Assembly (NCBI GenBank): GCA_951406725.2
Contig: OX597815.1
Span: 58,590,001-58,654,000, forward strand
DNA length: 64,000 nucleotides
Direction of reading: 5' to 3'
Source: Octopus vulgaris
Lineage: Eukaryota
Shown here: one piece after another, positions 53,267-64,000 of the stretch
Position numbering within the stretch: position 1 is the stretch's first letter
Layout: every line of letters starts with the position of its first letter
The notes under the pieces: generated by a model
Told to the model about the DNA's origin: nothing
Databases searched by the model: none
Seen by the model: only the letters and a program-made list of their open reading frames with translations
Program-made: the position numbers and the translations under genes

Positions 53267-54651
53267 TCAGGTCATCCCATAAGTTCTGTCTGATTTTACC
53301 CTTTTTAAAATTGAATGAAATTTAATAGTATTTTAGAATGTCTAATGGAATTTAAAATTATTTTTATGCATTTATGTACATTTAAACTAATTAAATATTA
53401 TTTTACAGAATAATAGAATTAAAATTTCTTTGATTAAAACCCTTTCTAAAATGGAAGTATCCAAAGAGCATTTAAGGCACATAATGCTTTATGAGTACAA
53501 AAAAGGAAATTCTGCAGCCAATGCGGCTCAAAACATACACTCAGTTTATGGGAAAGAATGCTTGAATGAAAGAACTTTCAGAAGATGGTTTGCAAAATTC
53601 AGAAGTGGAGATTTCAGCCTTGAAGATGAGGATCGAACAGGACATCCAGTTGAGTTTGATGATAAGTTCCTTGAGGCATTACTTTAAAAAAATTTTTTTT
53701 AAATTCTAGTTTCAGCTCAGAGCTGCGGCCATGCTGATGCACCGCCGTTTTGTGCAAAGAAGAAAATTGCTACTTGAAGAAAATCCTACATTATCAGTTA
53801 AAGAATTGGCAATTAAGCTTAGTTCAAACCATACAACTGTTCATCATCATCTTCAACAACTTGGAAAGGTTCCTAAACTTGGAAAATGGGTGCCTCATGA
53901 ATTGTCCAAGAGTAACCACAAATCCCGAGTTGACATCTGCTCTTCTCTCCGTTCTCGCAAACTCATTTCACCCTTTTTAGATAGACTTATGACTGGTGAC
54001 AAAAAATGGATCTTTTATCGAAATGTTAAATGTTGTAAACAGTGGCTTGGTAAAAGGGAAAAGGCTCAACCACAACCGAGAAGGGAACTTCATGAAAAAA
54101 GGTTCTTCTCTTTATCTGATGGGATTGCAAAGGAGTAATTCATTTTGAATTGTTACCACCTAATGCAACAATCAATGCTCAAGTCTACTGTCAGCAAATA
54201 GAGCATTTGAACCAAGCTTCGAAGAAAAAAAGACCCACTTTAGTAAATTGAAAAAGAGTGATGTGTCATCAGGACAATGCGCGACCCCACACTGCAAAGA
54301 TTTCATCACAGAAGATTGAAGAGCTTGGTTGGAAAAAATTCCTCATCCACCTTATACTCCCGACCTTGCTCCTTCAGACTACCATTTGTTTCATAGTTTA
54401 CAGAATCATTTGGGGGACATAACTTTCACAAGCCAGGAGGAGGTTGAAACTGACCATTTCAGAGTTCTTCGCTTTGAAACCAAAAGAGTTTTACATTGCT
54501 GGGATTAAAAAGCTTGTAAATAGATGTTAGGAAGTAATAGATAATCAGGGATTGATGATTGATGATTGATGATTAACTTTCAATTAAATATAACATTTGA
54601 TCACTTGTTTTCTTTATTCAAAATTCAGACAGAACTTATGGGATGACCTGA
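53267..54651 (+). mobile_element. Full-length decayed mariner (DD34D-type) transposon
   Basis: TIRs tcaggtcatcccataagttctgtctga / tcagacagaacttatgggatgacctga with TA flanks. Transposase remnants RRWFAKFRSG, WVPHEL, TGDKKW, HQDNARPH and YTPDLAPSDY. Confidence 0.95.
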
Positions 54652-55949
54652 TAGTCACATATCTAGACATGCCCATATATATTTAAAGTCCCAATCAAAT
54701 AGAAAGTCATCTGGTAGTGGAATGACACAGCTGATAGGGCAGTAAAAGCTATGAGACAGGTTTGGAAAACTAGGAAGAGTGTTTGTAGAGAATATTACCA
54801 AATGCTAGAAGGGCAACAAAGCAACAGATGTACTTGACTAAGGGTGAGGCAGAATCGAAAAAGATATTGTCAAACCATTCAACTCTTGCCAGCATGGATG
54901 CTAGATGTTTGATGATGATGATGATGATGTATGTATGTATGCAAGTATGTGTGCATGCATATATTTTTGGTATCTACCATTTTAATTCCTCATTGTTCTC
55001 CAAAAGTGAATGAACTGATGAACTCTCTTTCACAGATGAATGCCAAAAGTTTTAGTTGTGTAGGTGAAACACAGGGGATACGTGTTCAAGTTCCTTGAGG
55101 TTGCAGGTTGCTTGGAAGTAATTGTGGGCTTTAAAGATTCCAACAAATTTTCGTCTGGACCATTGAATTGTTGATATAAGGGTACAACAAAAACTTCTTT
55201 GCATCCAATAGGATTTATTCAATTAACAATATAAACAGTAAAATGTGTTCCATTTTTAATTAACGAAAATTGTTAGAATGTCTTCTTGGCTGAACATTTG
55301 TTAAAGGTCCTTAATACTAACCTTAATTTTGGTAAGGTTACAAGCCATTTATAGAATAAATCCCCATCATTAATCATCATCATCATTTAACCTCTGCTTT
55401 CCATGCTGGTATGGATGATTCAACAGAGCTCAACGTCTCAATTTTGGTGTGGTTTCTATGGCTAGAAAAGCATGCTGTACCCTTTACAATGTACTGCATG
55501 CTTTATTTGTGGCTCCAACACTAGTGAGGTGACCTTGTAACTCACAAGACTAGAGATCTCTATCAATTGAGAAAGAGAATACAAGGAAAGGAGGTGGTTT
55601 TATGTTCAGAGGTTAAAGTATGATGATGGAGTCAAGATGGTTACAGTAGTGTCAGAAATGGAGATAAAGACAGTGAGGATTAAATACAAAGAAATATAAT
55701 TTTAGCAGCAGGGTGACATTCTGATGATGAAGTTAAAGAAAAGCAGAGAGAGAGGTGGTGGTGGCGGTGGATAGTGGTGGCAGTGGTGAGTGGACAGGGA
55801 AAAGTGTAATTTTTTTTAATTGAACTTTTTTATATCACCCATCACTTAACACATGCACCTAAGTGCAATTATTGCCTGCTTGCTTGAAAATTGATATTTG
55901 CTTATGAAATATAGGTGGCAGCCAATGTAAACTAACAACAGAAAGAATA

Positions 55950-57890
55950 AAACTGAATAGGCAATGAGACAAAAAAAAGTAGAGGGTCGAAACACGAGGA
56001 CAAGCACGGGAGCATCAGCATGTAGAAGGGAAATATGAATCAAACAGTATAGAGTAAGTATTTACAACAGATAATGGAACATATTCAAGCTAGAATATAA
56101 AATGTAAATCAGAAAGAATGACCAAATAAAAAACCTGCAAACATATGGTTGAAAAGATCAGTGGAAGGTGGGAGGTATGTGATGCATGTGATGTATGTGA
56201 ATGTGTGTGGGGATGGGTTTTGATGAAAGAGGTGACAAATTGAAACTGTGAGGAACAGAGGAAAGAAAAGAGAAAATCAATTCTTGCTCTTGACAGAGGT
56301 GGGAATCCGGGTGGCTTCTGTGCAATGACAGTCTGAACATAGAAGTTGTAGTGAATGACTGGTCGAGTGGAAGTGGTGCAAGACCAAAGTATCATTGTTG
56401 AGTCTGATGTGCCAGGAATGTTCAGCAAACCAAGCTGGCCGGCTTGACCAATGTACAGGACAAGACAGAGAGCAGTAGATACAGTAGATAACATTGCTGG
56501 AGTTGCAAGTAAAGGAATTGGTGATGTAGAAGGGACAGTGGTGAGTGCTAGTGAGGATAGAGGTGTTGGAGAGGTTGGACCAGGTGCGATAACATGGACG
56601 AGAGCAAGGGAAGGAGCTAGGCTGGGTGTCAGGAGTGGGGAAGGCATTATGGACCAGAAGAATGTGTAAGATATGGGCGTTTGAAGGAGGGAAGGGGTGG
56701 GTTGAGAAAGATGTGGGAGGTGGAGGAATCAGATTAGAGTTGGCAGAAAGCCCGAAGAATGGTGAATTGGAGGAGTAGGGTGGAGGGTTAGTAGGCTAAC
56801 AGGAAGGGAGGTGGGTAAGAGTGGAGTGAGTGCAGGTAAAAGTGAAGTGAGAGAGCAGAAACATGATCAACAAATTGTGTATGGGTGATGGCAATTTGAA
56901 TAACAGTAATGGGTTATCCCCATTGGGTGAAGAATCTCAAAGTCATAGTTGTTACGACAGAGCGAGCAGAAACGGAGAAAATGAGAATAGAAGTTTGGTG
57001 TGGGTAGAGTGGAATGAGAAGAAGTTGAGCTAAAAGTGTGAGTCTGTGGGTTTATAGTGGATAGGGGTGGTGAGAGAGGAGTGGTGGATGGTGATAAAAA
57101 CATCACCAAATTGATGGAGTTGTTGGAAACAGGAAAATTTGAGGTGGGATGGAAATACTTGATGAAAGAGATGAAGGGGTCAACATGTTCGCAGGAGATT
57201 GAACTTGCATTGATACAGACATCAATGTAACAACCATATAGTTCTGGAGTGGGACCAATGGATTAAGAGAGTATTTGGGCCTCAGCATAGCTGAGAAGGA
57301 GGTTCGCATAGTTGGGCCCATTCTTATTCCCATCGCCACTACCAAGACCTAATGGCAAAATTCACCTGTGAATAAGAAGCAGTTAAGAGAGAAGATGAGT
57401 TTAGCCAGACAGGGGAGGGTAGAGGTGTCAGGTTGAGTATCAAGCAAGGAGACCTTTCTTATGAGAGACGATGGTATATAATGATTTTATGTCAAGGGTG
57501 AACAGGAATCTGGAAAATCTGGGAAGTAAGGAGAAAGAACTGAACAGACAAAGAGCTTGGTTAGTATTGTGTGTGCATGAGAGGTGGAGAGATAAAGCCA
57601 CTAGGGGTGCAAAGACAAGGTCGAGATATTTGGAGATGTGTTTGGTGGGGCAACTGCAGATGGAAATGGTGGGAAGGCCAGGGTTGTTGGGTTTATCGAT
57701 ATTTAAAAGGAAGTAAATGGTGGTGGTGCATGGGGTATGGACATGGGGTATGGAAGCGGTGGGGGGTAGAAGGGAGGAGGAAATAAGACTGTGAATAGTA
57801 AAAGAAATGATTTGCTGATAGTGTGACTTGGAGTTGGAGGGTAGAGCGCAACAGGAGGAGATATTTTGGGGTTGGTAGAGCTCCTCGTGT
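55950..57890 (-). mobile_element. Heavily decayed Penelope-like element (RT + GIY-YIG), related to 15480-16790
   Basis: IDKPNNPGLP, LFTLDIKSLYT, VAMGIRMGP, LYIGQAG and QEQELIF. Confidence 0.8.
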
Positions 57891-57913
57891 ATGTATGCAT
57901 ATATGTATGTATA

Positions 57914-57949
<36 letters not shown>

Positions 57950-57951
<2 letters not shown>

Positions 57952-58780
57952 CCAACCCATTATTAACAGCATTAATGAGCGAAATTTTTTTGCCTTCACA
58001 AATTGGCGTACACTTTCTCTAGATTTAAATAACATCTAATTCTTCTACCAGTAATCTTTTAGCATTCATCTATATAGGACTGTACTATTGGTCCTTACAA
58101 TTTATAATTTATAACTTTTGTGTCTCCATGTATGTGTTCTACATTAATTGTTTCTGTCCCGACTGAAAAAAAAAAAATATAGTTATTCTGATATATGCAT
58201 GATATTCGGAACCCCCCAGAGTCTTTTATAGGTGTAAGATGTATATGCGCATCATATCTTAGGGCACTAGTTTGAGTTTTTACTATACCAATATGTAATA
58301 TGTAAGAGTATATAATTACTATAAGTTGTTTATCTCGATGAGCATATAATGTGGGATTTTCTTCTTTTTTTTTTTTACGGTTGGTTTGTTGGGGGTTGTG
58401 CGATTTCTGCGGCACAGGCGTGGACCCGGGTGGCGCTGCACCGGAGTTTGTGCGCCAGCGTACACGTGGGCATCCGCGCACGCATTGCGCGGGTGTGGCC
58501 GTGCATGTGCATTAACGTGTGCACTCTCGCGCGCTGTGCTTGCGGACATTCGTGTGTATTTGTACGTGTGTTCTTGTGTGTATCTTGGTGATCATGTGTG
58601 CGAGTGGGACGTGTGCAGGTGTGCCCAACTATGAACTCATGTGTCCGTGCAAGGGCGTGCATGCACATGTATGTGCATGTGGGTGCATTCCGGCATATCC
58701 ACTTATACTTACTATATTAGGTTTATCTTTATGCCCTCCTTAATTTGTATTCCATTTTATTTATCTATTTATCTATACAT

Positions 58781-58837
<57 letters not shown>

Positions 58838-60085
58838 TATTTATTTATTTAATTATTTATTTTTGTTTATTTGGCACTTACTAATCTATAATTAATTTAA
58901 TTTATAATTAATAAACTTATTCAAAATTAATAGTAACCTCTGTAGGTGTGTGAAAATGTGTATGTGTACGTATATATGTTTTTGTACATATAGGTATGAT
59001 CGTGGGTGGATGTACAGATGTATGTCTTTATTACACATATGAGCACGCAGGTGCGTACTTGGATGTGTATATATGTATATGCGAATACTCATTCATGGGT
59101 GGTTATAAATATGGGTTTTATTTGTACGTATGAGTGCGCAGATATATATTTAAATATATATATATGTGTGTGCGAAAGTTCCCTGACACAGTATAGGAAA
59201 GTGTATTAATATTTATGCGTATATGAGGATGTGCGTGTGAGTGTGTGTGTTAGTGTTAGACACTGCTACCTGTACTGATATGTCTATAAGCCATGCGATG
59301 ACAGACATGCACTCTGCAATTTATTGTAGAGATGTGTCGGGGTGTATTCATGTGTGTGTACATGTGTGTGTGAGTTTCTGTGTGGATGTGTGGGTTTAGG
59401 GTTAGATGTGGATGTGTATGTTTTGCTTGTACGGTGTGGTGGAGGTCGGGCGGTTCTCAATTGACCAACCGTGAGGAAGATAATGATAATTTTAAATTCA
59501 AATCCAATAGTGTATTTATGTCATAAGGAAAATAATTAACTGGAACACGGACATACATATATTCCGCTCTGGATCATAATGTAAGAGTTATTAATAATAT
59601 TATGAATGATAATAATGATAACATTAATGGTATTGACAATGATAATGATGCTAACTTTAATGCACCCACACCCATGTGGGTATATATGTAGACTGAGTTA
59701 TATTATATAATCTCCTCCGAAGAAACCTTATGATATTTTTGTAAATGTCTCATTTATATCTATATATTGACCAACCATAAAGGGCTAATATTGGTAAAAT
59801 GAGACATACTTATCGACATGGCCGAAACAGCTGTAAGATGTAATCTATACTTATATTTATATTTACTTATATTTATATTTTCTTTTATATATATTCTACT
59901 TATTATACAACATTACTCTTTTATGTACACTTTTTTATGTACATTCCTTTATGTACACTGATTTGTTCTGCTTTTTATATTTAACCCTACAGTCTCTTAT
60001 GTGGTGGTTTAATAAAGTATGTGATTGAGTATTATCTGGTAATTGATATTTGATTTAGATGTATTTCTCCATTTTCTTATCTTGT
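57950..60085 (+). mobile_element. Probable PLE extreme 3' end with long 3' UTR/pLTR
   Basis: A short reading QPIINSINERNFFAF resembles PLE C-termini. A hammerhead-like motif with long stem II lies at 59710-59839, and the tail is T-rich. Confidence 0.35.
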
Positions 60086-60088
60086 ATA

Positions 60089-60124
<36 letters not shown>

Positions 60125-60125
<1 letters not shown>

Positions 60126-60324
60126 TTTATTTAAAGCAGCAGAAAATTCAACAAAACATGTTACTCTGAGTTTCACGTTGCCGTTCATCGGACAGTTTTT
60201 GCTAGAATAGAACCGATAAGTCAATTGACATATCGATTCTATTCTAGCAAAAACTGTCCGATGAATGGCAACGTGAAACTCAGAGTAACAGGTTTTGTTG
60301 AATTTTCTGCTGCTTTAAATAAAG
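60125..60324. repeat. ~200-bp near-perfect palindrome carrying a hammerhead-like motif in each arm
   Basis: The arms fold about gtcaattgac (60220-60229). Motifs are at 60159-60195 (-) and 60254-60291 (+). Confidence 0.85.
60254..60291 (+). ncRNA. Minimal hammerhead-like motif, U4C core
   Basis: CUGU-CCGAUGA-AUG GCAA CGU-GAAA-CUCAGAG-UA-ACAG. The opposite arm has stem II ACG-GCAA-CGU with a GNRA loop. Confidence 0.65.
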
Positions 60325-60392
60325 CATATTACTCTACCACTGGTATTTGAGTACTCTTTTTCCACTTTGTTTCACATTCATGTGTTTACTCC

Positions 60393-60436
<44 letters not shown>

Positions 60437-60455
60437 AATATATGTATGTATATAC

Positions 60456-60486
<31 letters not shown>

Positions 60487-60528
60487 TGTATGTATGTATG
60501 TATGTGTGTGTGTATGTATGTATGTATG

Positions 60529-60588
<60 letters not shown>

Positions 60589-60591
<3 letters not shown>

Positions 60592-61030
60592 TCATCATCA
60601 TCATCATCGTTTAACATCCGCTTTCCATGCTAGCATGGGTTAGACGGTTCAACATGGGTCTGGGAAGCCCGAAGGCTGCACCAGGCCAGTCAGAACTGGC
60701 AGTATTTCTACAGCTGGATGCCCTTCCTAACGCCAACCACTCCGTGAGTGTAGTGGGTGCTTTTAATGTGCCACCAACACAGGTGCCAGACGAAGCTGGC
60801 GAATCGCCATGCTCAGATGGTGCTTTTTACGTGCCACCGGCATGGAGGCCAGGCAAGGCTGGCAACGGCCACGATCGGATGGTGTTTGTTACGTGCCACC
60901 AGCATTGAGGCCAGTCAATGCGGTGCTGGCTACAGCCACGTTCGGATGGTTCTTTTATGTGCCACCGGCACTAGTACCACAACTACAAATTCCATTGATG
61001 TTGATCGATTTTGATTTTGATTTGATTTTT
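60589..61030 (-). mobile_element. RTE 3'-UTR fragment
   Basis: Reverse complement of ~37480-37878. Confidence 0.85.
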
Positions 61031-61085
<55 letters not shown>

Positions 61086-61779
61086 GTATACCTCATCTTT
61101 CCCAGTGCACGGTGTCATTTTCTCCCTCTGTTATCACTATGTCTCTCTCTCTCTCTCTCTCTGCGGTGTTGTTTTCTCCCTCTGTTATCACTATGTCTCT
61201 CTCTCTCTCTCTCTCTGTATATATCTCACTTTCTCTCGGTTCCACAGGCCTAGCGAATATGCTCTGCCTCCTACTCACACCTCCGCACACCCTCCCATAT
61301 AAAACCCAAGGCACGAGGCTTGACCGTCCCTTACTATTCTTTTTCTCCTGGCTGTAACACACGAAACACGAACCTCAGGATGAAAAATATCAGCTAAGAT
61401 ATATTTAAGTTTCCGACCTGTTTCCTCCTTTCATTGTTTCTTTTTTTTTTGCAAGTATTATCACCATCATGCCTTATTGTTTCCCCTTTTATTATCGTTG
61501 TCTTTCGTCTCAAATGCTAGCTGAAGCATTTCTCCACAACATATAAACTCTCACTCACAGAAACTTATTCACACGACCGCAAAGCATTTCGTCTCAAATC
61601 TTGTCTTTCTGTCGCTTAAATCACTACCTCATCTTTCCCAGTGCGTGTCGCTTAAATCTCTACCTCATCTTTCCCAGTGAGCGGTGCGCCCGCCCTCCCG
61701 CCCCCTCCACCTGTACCGGAAGTCCTTATCTCACCTTGTCTTCCTTTGCTTTTCTTTCATGACCACCTAAAGGCCTTAA

Positions 61780-64000
61780 GCCAATACCACCCCTACTATA
61801 TAAGGTGGTGACCATACGGCGCAAAACATGATAGTGTGGTGTAGCAGGTTGAACTTAAGATCATTGCTTTGCTTATGAATTCTGCCAAATGCGAGCTTTC
61901 TTCTTTTCAGGTACATGACGCCACTGCTCCCTGTCCCTGGGCCTCTAGGGTCCATACCTTCCACACCCTCAGGGTGGGCACCCTCAACGTTAGCACACTG
62001 AAAGGTAGGTCTGGCGAGATAGTCGAGATGCTTGAATGGAGATGTGTTGATGTATGTTGCATGCAAGAAATAAGGTGGAGAGAAGGATCTGCTAGGTTCC
62101 TCACAGGCAAGGAACACAGGTACAAGATTTTCTGGGCAGGAAACACTGACGGGGTAGGTGGCGTGGGTATACTTATCGCTGAGAAATGGGTAGATAAAGT
62201 AATTGAGGTAATCAGAGTAAGTGACAGAATACTTAAGATTAGAATAGTGCTTCATCATAGATTAGCAACCATTATATCAGCCTATGCCCCTCAGCCAGGG
62301 CTACCCGATGGACAGAAAGACAGTTTCTATGACACCCTACTGCAGACCACCTCATTGACAAACGACAGGGACCTTCTCTTTGTGGCTGGTGATTTCAATG
62401 GGCATGTTGGACGACATGCTGGGGGCTTCCATGGCGTACATGGAGGCTACGGTTATGGTTCCCGCAACGAGGAGGGAACCAGGCTTCTGGAGTTCTGCGA
62501 TGCGAATAGTCTTATGATTTGCAACACTAACTTCAGGAAACCGACAAGCCACCTTGTCACCTACCAATCGGGCCGGCATACTAGCCAAATCGACTACATC
62601 TTTGCAAGAAAAAGGGAAAGATGGCTGCTTATAAATGTCAAAATCTTCCCAGGCGAAGAATGTGCCCCACAACATAGACTGGTAGTTAATGACTTTAGGA
62701 TCAGGACTAAGAGGGCGACTAGAAGACGACCAACATGGAGAAGAAGGGTCTGGAAGCTTAAAGACCCTGCGAATGGACAGAGATTTAGAGACATGTTACT
62801 TGAAGCATTTGACGAAATGGAAGGGGGTATAGCTACACATGGGGTAGAAGACAACTGGACGCTTCTGAGGGACAACCTGCTGAAAGCCACTGACCAAATC
62901 TGTGGCTGGTGCAAAGTCCCTTTAAGACCCAAAATAACGTGGTGGTGGAACAATATTGTTGACAGGGCTATTAGACAAAAGAAACAGGCTTGGAAGGCCT
63001 TGAAGAACAGTGGTTGCAGGGAAGTGTATCAGACTGCTAGAAGGGAAGCTAGGAGACAGGTCTATCTAGCCAGAGGGGAAGCAGATAAGAAAAAATTTGC
63101 CAATGTCCTGCGCCGTGAGGATGAAAGACTTGAGGTATTTCGTGTTGCAAGACAGTGTGTGAGAGAGAATCGTGACGTGGTAGGAGAGAAATGTGTTCGC
63201 AGGGATGACGGTTCACTTGCGCTAAATGAGGATGCAAAGAGAGAGGCTTGGAGACGCCACTATGAAAGGTTGCTGAATGAGGAAAATGAATGGGATAAAG
63301 AGAGTCTGCCGAATGTCGACCCAACAGAGGGACCAGCAATCCGAGTTAACAGTTCCTTAGTAGTTAAGGCAACTACAAGCATGAAAACAGGGAAAGCCCA
63401 TCAGGAATTACTGCAGAGATGCTCAAAATATCTGGTAGTGTCGGCTATAGCCTAGTCACCCGTATAGTTAACCAGGTGATACACGAAGGAGTCATACCCA
63501 ATGACTGGTGTAGCAGCATAATAGTCAACTGCTACAAAGGTAAAGGTAACGCCCTAGATACAAATAACTACAGGGGCATCAAGCTGCTGGATCAGGTAAT
63601 GAAGGTTATGGAGAGGGTTATAGCCCAATTAATTAGAGAGAGAGTTAGCTTAGATGAGATGCAGTTTGGGTTCGTGCCAGGGGAAAGTACTACTGATGCT
63701 ATATTCCTGGTAAGACAGCTGCAGGAGAAATACCTAGCCAAAGATAAGCCCCTGTACCTGGCTTTTGTTGACATGGAGAAAGCCTTTGACAGGGTCCCCC
63801 GATCCCTCATCTTGTGGTCAATGAGGAAACTAGGGATAGATGAATGGTTAGTGAGAGCTGTGCGAGCCATGTACAGAGACGCTGCTAGTAAGGTGAGGGT
63901 TGGCAACGAGTACAGTGAAGAATTCCGGGTAGAGGTTGGGGTCCACCAAGGTTCAGTCCTCAGTCCCCTCCTATTAATCATAGTCCTCCAGGCAATAACG
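61780..64000 (+). mobile_element. RTE LINE 5' portion (complete APE + start of RT), running off the window
   Basis: ORF 61869-63455 has [37 protein letters not shown] and WWWN. The RT continues in another frame. The 5' boundary is uncertain and may extend to ~61090. Confidence 0.93.

Noticed and set aside
58386-58743. GC-richer patch with several overlapping ORFs
   Set aside because: It is degenerate (GT/GC)n low-complexity sequence, and the ORFs are C/V/A/R/H-biased with no motifs.
61090-61870. HDV-like ribozyme at the RTE 5' end
   Set aside because: Such ribozymes are known for some RTEs, but I could not build the nested double pseudoknot by eye. Only short direct repeats (acctcatctttcccagtg x3) are evident. 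It needs a descriptor search.

Overview
This is repeat-saturated, AT-rich animal genomic DNA with one 99-N gap at 6542-6640. The SINE/LINE mix and the huge (TA)n/(TACA)n tracts suggest a cephalopod such as Octopus, but that is inference. No host protein-coding gene can be called with confidence. The window is a mosaic of decayed CR1-group LINEs, RTE LINEs with a PHD-like finger inside the RT, an R4/Dong-like RLE LINE fragment, several Penelope-like elements (PLEs; Naiad-like and Neptune-like), mariner transposons and MITEs, non-autonomous Helitrons, tRNA-derived SINEs and microsatellites. The most notable signal is RNA-structural. About a dozen minimal type-I hammerhead-ribozyme-like motifs occur, and none has the canonical CUGANGA core. 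They show compensatory changes at the 3-8 tertiary pair (U3-A8, A3-U8) or a U4C change. Two loci (719-1626 and 29598-30262) are ORF-less ~350-360 bp hammerhead-bearing units in tandem and inverted arrangement. Their inverted copies read through the unit junction, as expected for a retrozyme-like or circular-RNA-derived mobile element. All ribozyme folds were made by eye and catalytic activity is untested.
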